This document shows positions 18,893-29,465 of a stretch of 64,000 nucleotides of DNA, piece by piece. Source of the stretch: Gemmatimonadota bacterium. Its GTDB lineage: Bacteria > Gemmatimonadota > Gemmatimonadetes > Gemmatimonadales > Gemmatimonadaceae. The notes under the pieces were generated by a model. The model searched no databases. It saw only the letters and a program-made list of their open reading frames with translations, and was not told where the DNA came from. Where the stretch lies: assembly GCA_018969225.1 (NCBI GenBank), contig JAGWYS010000001.1, positions 2,279-66,278 of the forward strand, given 5' to 3'. The first letter of the stretch is position 1. The number at the start of each line of letters is the position of its first letter. Made by a program: the position numbers and the translations under genes.

Positions 18893-19995
18893 TCATCGAC
18901 AGCGCCGCCCCTCCCCCGCCGGTCGCGATCCTGGACCTGCCCCCCGACGCGGCGCTGGAAACGCTCGCCGCGTGGGCCGCCCGTCACGGGGAACCGCCCT
19001 TCCGGGCCCGCCAGCTGTTTGGCCGCCTGTGGCAGCGGCCGGTGGCGTCCCTGCTCGACGTGACCGAGTTCCCCCGCACCCTCCGCGAGGCCGCCGCCCG
19101 GGACTTCCCGCTCACCACGCTGGAACTGGCCACCCGGCAACGTTCGACGGACGGCACGGAGAAGTTCCTGTTCCGCCTCCACGACGGCCAGCACATCGAG
19201 ACGGTGGCCATACCGGATGGTCGCCGGCTCACCCTGTGCATCTCCTCGCAGGCCGGGTGCGCCCTCCGGTGCGCGTTCTGCGCCACCGGGGTGATGGGGT
19301 TCCAGCGCAACCTCTCCCCGGGAGAGATCGCCGGCCAGGTGCGGGCGCTGCGCCTGCTGTCGCCCCCGCTGGTGGCCACGAACATCGTCTTCATGGGCAT
19401 GGGCGAGCCGCTCATGAACTGGCGCGCGGTGGCGCCCGCCCTCTCGCTGCTGAACGATCCACGCGCCCTCGGGATCGGGGCGCGCCACATCACCATCAGC
19501 ACGGTGGGCATCCTTCCCGGGATCGTGGCGCTCGCGGAGCGACCGGAGCAGTTCCGTCTGGCCATCTCCATCCACGCGCCCACCGACGCGCTGCGCCAGG
19601 AGCTGATGCCCGTGAACACCAAGTACCCGCTGGCCGAGGTCGCCGCCGCCGCCAAGGCGTTCGACCGTCGCGTCACGTTCGAGTACGTGATGCTGGGGGG
19701 CGTCAATGACCAGCCGGTGCAGGCGGCGGCACTGGCGGACTTGGCCCGGGAGTGCCGCGCGTTCGTGAACCTGATCCCGCTCCACCCCGGTGGGTCGATG
19801 GGCTTCACCCCCTCCCCGGCCCCGGTGCTGGCCCGCTTCGCGGAGGCGCTCCGCGCCCGGGGCGTCGAGACGGCAATCCGACGCAGCCGCGGCCTGGATA
19901 TCGCCGCGGCGTGCGGCCAGCTACGGACGGAGCGCCTGGGACGACGGCTTCCAGTCGCGACCGAGGCGCACGCGCACCTCGACGTAGCGGGTTGA
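18889..19995 (+). CDS. rlmN: 23S rRNA/tRNA m2A radical SAM methyltransferase RlmN
   Basis: DGTEK, CISSQAGCALRCAFCATG, MGMGEP, ITIST, DIAAACGQL. Confidence 0.95.
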   Translation: MIIDSAAPPPPVAILDLPPDAALETLAAWAARHGEPPFRARQLFGRLWQRPVASLLDVTEFPRTLREAAARDFPLTTLELATRQRSTDGTEKFLFRLHDGQHIETVAIPDGRRLTLCISSQAGCALRCAFCATGVMGFQRNLSPGEIAGQVRALRLLSPPLVATNIVFMGMGEPLMNWRAVAPALSLLNDPRALGIGARHITISTVGILPGIVALAERPEQFRLAISIHAPTDALRQELMPVNTKYPLAEVAAAAKAFDRRVTFEYVMLGGVNDQPVQAAALADLARECRAFVNLIPLHPGGSMGFTPSPAPVLARFAEALRARGVETAIRRSRGLDIAAACGQLRTERLGRRLPVATEAHAHLDVAG

Positions 19996-20427
19996 GTCCG
20001 GGCGCACCACCAGCCCGCCAGCCCCCAGGGCCCGCCGCACCCGGTGGCCGTGCTCAGGCGGCCCGGCGTGCACCGCCACCTCGGTCACCATGGCGGGGGC
20101 GCCCCGCTCCGTGTCAATGCCGACCACGTCGAAGCCCCGCGCACGCAGGTGCATCGTGGCCTGACGGGCAAGCCCACGCACCCCGCTGGCGTTGGTGACA
20201 TGGACGCGGATGCGCACCCCATCGGGGGCCTTCGCCAGGGAGTCCGACGGGAGGTTCGCCGGCGTGTCGCTGCCTCCCGTCCCGTTCATGGTCATTCCCG
20301 TGGCGATCCACGGTCCCAAGCCGGCGACCATCACGACGGCGGCCACCGTGGCCAACAGGCGACGCCCCGCCCTGCGAGGCGGGCGGGGTGGCGTTTGGGG
20401 AGCGGGGGGGGAGATGTGGGTGTTCAT
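19921..20427 (-). CDS. Membrane-anchored LytR C-terminal domain protein
   Basis: One TM helix, then V.VTNASGVRGLA...L..GF.V...VRLGRDW. No LCP catalytic domain. Confidence 0.8.
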   Translation of the reverse strand: MNTHISPPAPQTPPRPPRRAGRRLLATVAAVVMVAGLGPWIATGMTMNGTGGSDTPANLPSDSLAKAPDGVRIRVHVTNASGVRGLARQATMHLRARGFDVVGIDTERGAPAMVTEVAVHAGPPEHGHRVRRALGAGGLVVRPDSTRYVEVRVRLGRDWKPSSQALRP

Positions 20428-20972
20428 GAGGCACACACCTGGTTCCACAGGGCCACCGTGGGGGCGCGCAACGGCTTTCCTTCACGCAAGGTCCATTCCA
20501 GCCGCAACCGGACCACCTGTCGAAAGACATCGGCAAACGCCGTCGGCACCTGCCGGGCGAGAAAAGCACGCTCCGCTTGCAGGAACCCACGTCCGGGCTC
20601 GAGGAAGTCGGCCATGTAGAGCGCCTGCCCCGTGCGATCCCAGTCGGCGGCGCCCACGGTATGCCAGCGGATGGCCTCCAAGACCCCCGCGCGGGGCTCA
20701 CCCTCGGCCGCGAGCCGCGCGGCCGCGGCCGGGCCGTGCAGCAGCGGGATCGGCGCCTCCACGTCTCCGCTCCACGCACGAAGGGTCGCCTCGTCGGCAT
20801 CCCGCAGCGCGTCGTGCCACGTTCCGGCATCCCGCCACGCCGCCGCCTCCGCCGCGTCAATCCGCATGGCCTGCGCCCATGTCGCCAGCAGGGCCACCAC
20901 CCGTGCGACATGCGCGCGGCGCCTCTCCGATGCCTCCCCCCACGCCGGCCATCCGGGCACCTCAGGACGCAT
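20424..20972 (-). CDS. YqeK-like HD-domain hydrolase (putative Ap4A symmetrical hydrolase)
   Basis: HV..V, WHDALR, LLHGPAAA, AIRWHTVG, LYMADFLEPGRGF. Confidence 0.8.
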   Translation of the reverse strand: MRPEVPGWPAWGEASERRRAHVARVVALLATWAQAMRIDAAEAAAWRDAGTWHDALRDADEATLRAWSGDVEAPIPLLHGPAAAARLAAEGEPRAGVLEAIRWHTVGAADWDRTGQALYMADFLEPGRGFLQAERAFLARQVPTAFADVFRQVVRLRLEWTLREGKPLRAPTVALWNQVCAS

Positions 20973-21756
20973 CCATGGCCTCTCGCATTGAGCGCACGAG
21001 TGCCAGCGCCTCCCCCACCGAGCGGCCGGCGGCACGCACGAGGGCGCTCCCCACCACCACGCCATCGGCCAGCTTGGCCGCCGCCGCGGCCTGTGCGGCG
21101 GTGGAAATCCCGAAGCCGATGCAGATCGGCAGCGCCGTGACCCGCCGCAACCGCGCCACCGTCTCGGGGAGGTCCGCGGCGAGCGCGTCCCGCTCACCGG
21201 TCACGCCCAGGCGGCTGATGAGGTACACGAATCCGCTCCCATGCCGGCCGATGGCCGCCATCCGATCCGCCGGGGTCGTCGGCGCCACCAGGCGCACGAA
21301 ATCCAGCCCGGAGGCCGCGCACCAGCGCTCGCGCTCCGGGTCCGCCCCCACCGGCAGGTCGGTCACCAGCACGCCGGCCACCCCCGCGGCGCGGGCCCGC
21401 TCCAACACTCGATCGCCGCCCGCCAGCAGCGGATTCAGGTACGTGAACATCACCACCGGTGCCGTCGGCCGGGCCTCCTCCACCAGCGCGAGGGCGCGGT
21501 CCAGCGTCACCCCGTGCGCCAGCGCCTCATTGGAGCTTCCCTGGATGACCGGGCCGTCGGCCAGCGGATCGGAGAAGGGAATCCCGACCTCAATGACGTC
21601 GGCCCCGGCGGACGGCAGGGCCCGCAGGAGTTCAATCGTGGCGTCCGGGGTCGGGTGACCGGCGGTGACATAGCACACGAGTGCCTTGCGCCCCGCAGCC
21701 GTCAGGTCAGCCAGCCGCTTCGCCAGTGGCGACGGGGAATGCAGTCCGGTAGTCAT
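20962..21756 (-). CDS. trpA: Tryptophan synthase alpha chain
   Basis: YVTAGHP, EVGIPFSDPLADGPVIQ, GVTG, GFGIS, DGVVVGSA. Confidence 0.96.
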   Translation of the reverse strand: MTTGLHSPSPLAKRLADLTAAGRKALVCYVTAGHPTPDATIELLRALPSAGADVIEVGIPFSDPLADGPVIQGSSNEALAHGVTLDRALALVEEARPTAPVVMFTYLNPLLAGGDRVLERARAAGVAGVLVTDLPVGADPERERWCAASGLDFVRLVAPTTPADRMAAIGRHGSGFVYLISRLGVTGERDALAADLPETVARLRRVTALPICIGFGISTAAQAAAAAKLADGVVVGSALVRAAGRSVGEALALVRSMREAMDAS

Positions 21757-23225
21757 CAGCCCGTGTAGTCTCCAATCGAGATGCCGTATCGCTCCGGGGA
21801 GTCCGTGCGCACCACCGACCGGAGGAATTCCCCGTCGCGCGCTCGCATGCCAAGGTCCACCATCACCTCGCCGTCAATCCGCAACCCCGAGGGATCGAGC
21901 ACGAGCCGGACGCGGGGACGGGCACACAGCGCCGGATCGGGATTGGCGGCGGTCACCACCCCCACCTCCCCGGAATCGAGGACCACGACCGTCCCCACCG
22001 GGTAGGTGCCCATCATGAGCGTGAAGGCCTTGACCACCACCGGATCGAGCCCGTGCCGGGCGGTGTCCTGCATCCCGCGCAGCACGTCGGCTGGGCTCCA
22101 CGGGACATCCTGGTACACCCGCCGGGAGGTCGCCGCGTCAAAGCCGTCGGCGACCGCCACGATGCGCGTGAGCAGCGTGACCTGCCGGGAGCGCCTCGCC
22201 CTGGGATACCCCGACAGGTCCACGCGCAGGTGATGCTCGAAGGCCACGGCCATGGCACGCCACGGGCGCCCCATGCCGAACGGCATGCGGACCAGCGCCA
22301 GCGCGCCCCGCCAGGTATGCTCACGCACCAGCGCGAACTCGGCCTCCGTGAGCCGCCCCGGCTTGTTGAGCACCTCCAGGGGGACCTGCGACTTGCCGAC
22401 GTCGTGCAGCAACGCCGCCAGCCCCAGTTCCAGCAGCTGCGGCTTGGACAGCCCCAGCCGGCGCCCCAGCGACACGGCCAAGATGCAGACGTTGACGCTG
22501 TGCACGAAGGTGTATTCGTCGAAGTCGCGCAGCGCCGTGAGCCCCAGCATGGAGGCCTCGTCCCGCAGGATCTCATCCACGACGCCGCGGAGGACGCGAC
22601 GCGCCTGGCGCACCCCGACCGCGCCGCCGACACGCGCATGCTGGAAGATGTCCCGGGTGGCGGACACCGCGCGGAGGTAGGTCTGGCGGCTCCGCTCCCG
22701 CCCCTCGACCTCGGTGTCGGGGTCATCGGTCCGGGTCAGCGGCGGGCCCAATGCGAACGCCAGCGCCCCCGCCTGTTCGAGCTGCGCCGTCAGGCGGGCC
22801 AGCCGATCCGACTCCGCGACCCCCTCCGGCACACGCACCATCGCCACGAGGAGCCCCGTCCAGTCGCGATGGGACGGGCGCGCCTGGAGGGTCACCGTGC
22901 CCACGCCGGCGTCGCGCATGACGGCGATGACGGCACCGACGGCCGCCATCGTGTCCACCCCGAGGCGCAGGCGCGCGTCGTTGATGAAGAGGTGGTCGCC
23001 GGCGCTTCGCAACTCAAACATCCCCTCCGCCACCGCCACGCGCTCGCAGGCCGCGGCCAACTCGGCCACCACCTTGACCACGGCGGCGTTGTCCGCCGGA
23101 TACAGCTGCACCGCCCGAATGGCCGCCCGCAGCAGGACGATCACCTCGCCCAGCTGCCGTTCGCCACTGCGTCGCTTCGCGGGCGTCGCAGCCCCCGTCC
23201 GCACCGCCTCTGCCATCAGGCTCAT
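21756..23225 (-). CDS. HD-GYP domain protein (putative cyclic-di-GMP phosphodiesterase) with an uncharacterised N-terminal domain
   Basis: DEYTFVHSVNV, LLHDVGK, NKPG.LT, EHH..D.SGYP, IVAVADGFDA.TS.R.Y. Confidence 0.9.
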   Translation of the reverse strand: MSLMAEAVRTGAATPAKRRSGERQLGEVIVLLRAAIRAVQLYPADNAAVVKVVAELAAACERVAVAEGMFELRSAGDHLFINDARLRLGVDTMAAVGAVIAVMRDAGVGTVTLQARPSHRDWTGLLVAMVRVPEGVAESDRLARLTAQLEQAGALAFALGPPLTRTDDPDTEVEGRERSRQTYLRAVSATRDIFQHARVGGAVGVRQARRVLRGVVDEILRDEASMLGLTALRDFDEYTFVHSVNVCILAVSLGRRLGLSKPQLLELGLAALLHDVGKSQVPLEVLNKPGRLTEAEFALVREHTWRGALALVRMPFGMGRPWRAMAVAFEHHLRVDLSGYPRARRSRQVTLLTRIVAVADGFDAATSRRVYQDVPWSPADVLRGMQDTARHGLDPVVVKAFTLMMGTYPVGTVVVLDSGEVGVVTAANPDPALCARPRVRLVLDPSGLRIDGEVMVDLGMRARDGEFLRSVVRTDSPERYGISIGDYTG

Positions 23226-24999
23226 GCCACCCCCTCCACGTCCAGCGCCCGGCGCACCGTGCGCTGGACGAGCGGGTCACGGGCGTCACGGGCCCGCACC
23301 AGCGCGCGGTGCGCGGCCGCGGTGCCGGCCCGCCCCAGCGCACGGGCCGCGCAGGCGCGCACCTCCGCCGTCTCCTTGGGCCCCATGAACCCGCTGGCGT
23401 TGAGGAGCCGATCCAGCAGGTCCACGGTGGCGTCGTCGGCCACACTCCCCAGCGCCTCGAACAGCGCCATGCTCTCACCGACGTCGAGGTCCGCAAAGCC
23501 GCGGCGGCTGACGATCTCGAGCAAGGGGGCGCGCGCCGCGTCCGACCGTCGCACCGTCACCGCGCGGTACGCGGCCATCCGCACCACGCGTTCGGGGTCC
23601 ACGCACCCGCGTGCGACGGTCGAGGCCACCCCGGGTCCGTCGAGACCGGCCACGATCCCCAGCGCCTGGGCGCGCACCCCGGCGTCGCCATGCCGTGCGG
23701 CCCGGCACAGCGCCGGGACCAGCGCGCCGGACGGCCGCCGCTCGGCCAGTGCCAACGCGCCCACCAGCACGGTGAAGTCGGTGCTGTCCAGCAGGGACGC
23801 CAGCAGATCGGGATGGCGATCCGCGAGCGTCGCGGCCACGCGCTCGACGTCCACGCGCCCAGCCGACGGGGGCGCGGCCCCGAGCCAGCCCGCCAATGCG
23901 GGCAGCGCATCCGGGCCCAGCGCAGCGAGCAGGCGCTGCCCCGCCCCCCCGGCCAGCCCCCCCCGGGGGTCGCCCAGCGTCCGCAGCACCCCCTCCAGCA
24001 CGTCCGGCGCCTCCAGTCGGCGCGCCAGACGCCCCAGTGCCTCGCGGACGCCCATCTCCATGGGGAGCGCCGTCACCTCCTCCACGCCCTCGAGCACCGC
24101 CGCGGCCCCGCCGTACTGGCCGAGGCCCAGCAATTCAACCAGGAGTGCATCGATCGCGTTCACCGCCTCCAACTGCGAGGCGGCATCGATGTCCAGCGCG
24201 ACGATGTCCAGCAGGGCGGACAGGACGTTCATCCGGTACGCCTCCCCGGCCTCGTAGGCGATCCACTGGTCCAGATAGGCCCGCTCCTCCGGCTCGAGCA
24301 AGAGCGGCACGTCGTCCAGCCCCCCGTCCGGGGTGGGGCGCACCGCCCCCAGGAACCCGGGCACCTCCTCATCCACGGACGCCGGGAGTGACGCCCTCGG
24401 CGGGGGCGCGCCCGCACCACCCGCAGGTGCCGCGCTGTCGGGCCCCCGATCGCCACCCGGGCCGCCCGCGCCCCCCCACGCGGCTCCGACCTCCTGCGGA
24501 TCCGCGCCCTGCGGCCGCTCGCCACCCGGGGGAGCGTCCCCGTACCCCAGCACCTCCACATGCCGAAACCCGAAGTGCTGCAAGTCGGCCAGCCATAGCA
24601 GCGTCACCAGGTCGTCGTCGGCCACTGCCGCACGCGAGCGCCCGAGGATGTCGAGGAGCGCCTCCAGTTCCCTCTCCTCGAGCCCCGACGCGAAGCGGAT
24701 CTCGCGGATGCCTTCGCGGAACAGTTGCGCGGCCAGCCCCTCCGCGCTCCGCCCGGACTCCGCCAGCACGACGCCCTCGTCGAACAGCAAGGCATCGCGC
24801 CCGACCTGCAGCACGAGCGGGTCGGCCACCCGCCACGCCTTTTCCAGGGCGGTTGCGGCCGCGGCCTGCGTGGCGGTCCGCACCGGATTGCCGGCCGCGT
24901 ACAGCTGCCGAGTGCGCAGCGCCTTGACCAGCGCCCGCATGGCCTCCTCGACCGCACCCGCGCCCGAGGGCGGCTGCGGCAGGCGCGCGCGGTCGGCGG

Positions 25000-25003
<4 letters not shown>
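23222..25003 (-). CDS. HEAT-repeat protein with an uncharacterised N-terminal domain
   Basis: GTGA overlap with the trpB stop. Repeated helical units D..VR..A...L ([38 protein letters not shown]). Confidence 0.8.
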
Positions 25004-26202
<1,199 letters not shown>

Positions 26203-26209
26203 GGTCACC

Positions 26210-26875
26210 TCAGGGCTCACGAGCCTGCACCAGGAACCGGGACACGCGCACCGGATCCTTGACACCGGGGGCCGTCTCGACGCCGGAAGATACGTCCACG
26301 ACCTCGGGCGCAAGGAGCCGAACCATCGCCGCCACGTTCTCCGGGCGCAGCCCCCCCGCCACCACTATGCGGACGCCCGGAACGGCCCGGCGCAACGCGT
26401 CCAGCGGCCGGGCCAACGCCTGCCAATCGAAGGGGGTCCCCGTGCCTCCCAAGTGGCCCGGGACCATCGTATCGAGCACCACAACGCCGGCCGCCGCCGC
26501 CAGCTCCCGGGCCTTCTCAGGGAGCGCCGCCCCGGCCACCCGCACCACCGGCCACGGCTCGGCGGTTCCGTCGGCTCGGAGCCGGTCCACCGCCTCCGGC
26601 GAGGGGTCGCCATGCAATTGCAGCACGTCCAGCCGCAACGCGTCGCGGACCCGCGCCACCTCGTCTTCGCGGTGGGCGCCGAACACCGCCGCCCGCCCGA
26701 CCCCCGGGCGCGGCGCCCCCAATACCACCCCGGCCTGCTCCGGCGTCACCAACCGTGGCCCCCCCGCCAGGATCACCCCCAGGTACCGGGCGCCTGCCTC
26801 TTCCGCCTGCCGCGCATCCTCCGGGCGCGTGAGCCCGCAGATCTTGACCGCCGGGCGCGGTGCCAGCCGGGTCAT
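26210..26875 (-). CDS. trpF: Phosphoribosylanthranilate isomerase
   Basis: [34 protein letters not shown]. Confidence 0.94.
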   Translation of the reverse strand: MTRLAPRPAVKICGLTRPEDARQAEEAGARYLGVILAGGPRLVTPEQAGVVLGAPRPGVGRAAVFGAHREDEVARVRDALRLDVLQLHGDPSPEAVDRLRADGTAEPWPVVRVAGAALPEKARELAAAAGVVVLDTMVPGHLGGTGTPFDWQALARPLDALRRAVPGVRIVVAGGLRPENVAAMVRLLAPEVVDVSSGVETAPGVKDPVRVSRFLVQAREP

Positions 26876-27702
26876 TGCCTGGCGCTCCCGACGGTGGGGA
26901 CACCGGTCAGGGTCCGCACGGCGGCTTCGGGATCGGCCGCAGCGGAGACGGCGCTGCCCACCAGCACGGCATCCGCTCCCGCGCGGGCAGCGGTCCGCAC
27001 CTGCTCGGCGCCGGTGATGCCGCTTTCGGCCACCCGGATGCACGTCGCCGGGATGGCGGGGAGGAGCGCGGTGGCGCGATCCGGGTCGATGACCAGCGTT
27101 TCGAGGTCGCGGTTGTTGACCCCCACGATGTCGGCGCCCGCCGCGAGGGCCCGGCGCAGTTCCCCAGGCGTGCGGATCTCCACCAGCAGGGCGAGTCCAC
27201 AGGCGGTGCCGGCGTCCACGAGGTGCGGCAGCAGGTCCGGGGACAGGGCGCGGACGATGAGCAGCGCGGCCGCAGCCCCGGCGAGGCGCGCCTCGTAGAG
27301 CTGCACGGGGTGGACGAGAAAATCCTTGCGGATCACGGGGACGGAGACGGCGGCCGCGGCGTCCCGCAAGTCCTCCAGGGAACCGCCAAAGCGCACGGGC
27401 TCCGTGAGGACCGATATGGCCGCCGCTCCGCCGCGGACGTAGGACCGCGCCTGTGGCGCCGCCTCAAGACCGGGAGCAATCGGCCCCTTGGAGGGGGAGG
27501 CGCGCTTCACCTCGGCGATGACGGCCACGGTGGAGCCGCACAGGGCCTCCCGCAGGGAGGGCGGTGGCGGGAGGTCCCGGCAGCGGGCCGCCCAGTCGGC
27601 GGCCCTCGCCTCGATCGCCTGCGCGCGCTGGGCCGCCGCGCGGGTCAGCTCCCCCAACGGCCCGTGCGCGGGCGCCCACTGGGGTGCGTCGTCAGGTTGC
27701 AC
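26872..27702 (-). CDS. trpC: Indole-3-glycerol phosphate synthase
   Basis: IAEVKRASPSKG, ISVLTE, RKDF, GVNNRDL, AESGI, LVGS. The start is GTG 27702 (ATG 27759 is an alternative). Confidence 0.94.
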   Translation of the reverse strand: MQPDDAPQWAPAHGPLGELTRAAAQRAQAIEARAADWAARCRDLPPPPSLREALCGSTVAVIAEVKRASPSKGPIAPGLEAAPQARSYVRGGAAAISVLTEPVRFGGSLEDLRDAAAAVSVPVIRKDFLVHPVQLYEARLAGAAAALLIVRALSPDLLPHLVDAGTACGLALLVEIRTPGELRRALAAGADIVGVNNRDLETLVIDPDRATALLPAIPATCIRVAESGITGAEQVRTAARAGADAVLVGSAVSAAADPEAAVRTLTGVPTVGSARQ

Positions 27703-27725
27703 TTCGGCCTGTCTTCGGTTAGCGT
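27697..27725 (+). promoter_or_regulatory. Putative lexA sigma70 promoter TTGCAC-N17-TAGCGT
   Basis: -35 at 27697-702, 17-nt spacer, -10 at 27720-25, 53 nt before the lexA ATG. Confidence 0.65.
27703..27718. promoter_or_regulatory. Candidate LexA operator 1 (TTCGG-N6-TTCGG)
   Basis: TTCGGcctgtcTTCGG sits in the -35/-10 spacer of the lexA promoter. Confidence 0.65.
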
Positions 27726-27737
27726 AGTGGGGAACGA

Positions 27738-27753
27738 TTCGGAGAATCTTCGG
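27738..27753. promoter_or_regulatory. Candidate LexA operator 2 (TTCGG-N6-TTCGG)
   Basis: TTCGGagaatcTTCGG sits just downstream of the predicted lexA TSS. Confidence 0.65.
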
Positions 27754-27778
27754 GCCCATCCTCCTCCGCGAGGTGCAC

Positions 27779-28387
27779 ATGCCGCTTACCCGGAAGCAGC
27801 GGGACATCCTCTCGTACCTCACGGAGTATCAGGAGCGACATGGCGTCGCCCCGAGCTTCGAGGAAATCGCCGCGCGCTTCAACTATAGCTCACTGGCCAC
27901 GGTGCATGAGCACCTGACCAACCTGGAGCGCAAAGGGTACATCCGCCGGGCGTTCAACGAGAGCCGGGCCATCGAGATCCTGCCGTCGGAGGTGTTCCAG
28001 CGCGCGGTGGAGCTGCCGCTGCTGGGGACGGTGGCGGCGGGCGCCCCGATCGACGCCGTGCAAGCGGGGGAGACCATCGCGGTGCCGGACGGCTTCCTCC
28101 GTCGCACGGGGAGCCACTACGTGTTGCGGGTGCGGGGCGAGTCGATGATCGACGAGCAGATTCGCGACGGGGACTTCGTCGTGGTGCACGATCGCCAGGC
28201 GGCAGACAACGGAGAGATGGTCATCGCGCTGGTCGACGGGACGGGGGCCACGGTGAAGCGGTACTACCGCGAGCGCGACGGTCGCATCCGCCTGCAGCCA
28301 GCCAACGTGACGATGACCCCATTGTACGTGCACGAGGACGATGTGCGGATCCAGGGGATCGTGGTGGGGGTGCTGCGGCGCTACTGA
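27779..28387 (+). CDS. lexA: SOS repressor LexA
   Basis: LT.KQ..IL, PS..EIA, L..LERKGYI winged-HTH; VAAG cleavage site; GESM (Ser) and TVKR (Lys) catalytic dyad. SD GAGGT. Confidence 0.97.
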   Translation: MPLTRKQRDILSYLTEYQERHGVAPSFEEIAARFNYSSLATVHEHLTNLERKGYIRRAFNESRAIEILPSEVFQRAVELPLLGTVAAGAPIDAVQAGETIAVPDGFLRRTGSHYVLRVRGESMIDEQIRDGDFVVVHDRQAADNGEMVIALVDGTGATVKRYYRERDGRIRLQPANVTMTPLYVHEDDVRIQGIVVGVLRRY

Positions 28388-28397
28388 CGCACCCGGG

Positions 28398-29465
28398 TTA
28401 CGGCCGCGCCGCCTCGGAAGCCTGGGGGGGCGAGGCGGCCACGCGGGAGGCGGTGCGCAGACGCTCCAGCGCCGCAGCCCCCACCCCGGCCGCCAGCTCC
28501 TGTCGGGTCTGCTCCACCGCAACCCGGTAACTGGGGGCCCCCCCGCTCACGTACAGGGCGGCGGCGGCGTTCAGCAGCACGGCCGCTTGGGCACCTGGAG
28601 GCCCGTGGCCGGCCAACACGGCTTCGATGACGCTGGCATTGTGCTCGGGCGTGTCCCCCGCCAGCTCCGCAGGATCGACCGCGGGGATGCCGTGGCCCGC
28701 AGGATCGATCACCCAGCGCGACACCGTACCGCTGCGCACTTCGAGCACCTCGGTGGGCCCCAGCGGCGAGATTTCGTCCATACCTGGCGCCCCATGCACC
28801 ACTAGCGCGTGCACGGTCCCCAACTCGGCCAGCGCCTCGGCGAGCAAGGGGAGCCTGGCGAACTCGGCGACCCCGACCACCTGCCGCCCCGCCCGCGCCG
28901 GGTTTGCCAACGGGCCCACCATGTTCATGACGGTGGGGACGCCAAGCGCCCGACGCACAGGGCCCACGTGCCGCAAGGCCGGGTGCATCAGCGGGGCGAA
29001 CATGAACACGATCCCGGCCGCGGCGAACACCTGCCCCATGGCCTGAGGCGACAGGTCGATCGTGATCCCCAAGGCTTCCAGCACATCCGCGCTGCCGGAG
29101 CGGGAGGTGAACGAGCGATTCCCGTGCTTGGCCACTCGCACCCCCATGCCTGCCGCCACGAGGGCGGCCGCGGTGGAGATGTTGAAGGTGGTGACCGATC
29201 CGCCGCCGGTGCCACAGGTGTCCACGATCCCCGACGGGTCCGGCACCGGCAGCACGACCATGGCCTCTCGCAAGGCCGCCACCACCCCGGCCACCTCCTG
29301 CGGCGTCTCTCCACGCACCCGCAGCCCCATCAGCAGCGCCGCCACCTGCGCCGGCGATCCCTCCCCCCGCATGATCACCCCGAAGGCCTGCGCGGCCGCC
29401 TCGGCGTCGAGCGGGGCGCGTGCGGCCAACCGATGAATGGCCTCCGCCAGCGGGTCACGTCCCAT
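28398..29465 (-). CDS. trpD: Anthranilate phosphoribosyltransferase
   Basis: DTCGTGGG, TFNIST, KHGNRS.TS.SGSADVLE, GPLANP, GMDE. Confidence 0.96.
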   Translation of the reverse strand: MGRDPLAEAIHRLAARAPLDAEAAAQAFGVIMRGEGSPAQVAALLMGLRVRGETPQEVAGVVAALREAMVVLPVPDPSGIVDTCGTGGGSVTTFNISTAAALVAAGMGVRVAKHGNRSFTSRSGSADVLEALGITIDLSPQAMGQVFAAAGIVFMFAPLMHPALRHVGPVRRALGVPTVMNMVGPLANPARAGRQVVGVAEFARLPLLAEALAELGTVHALVVHGAPGMDEISPLGPTEVLEVRSGTVSRWVIDPAGHGIPAVDPAELAGDTPEHNASVIEAVLAGHGPPGAQAAVLLNAAAALYVSGGAPSYRVAVEQTRQELAAGVGAAALERLRTASRVAASPPQASEAARP

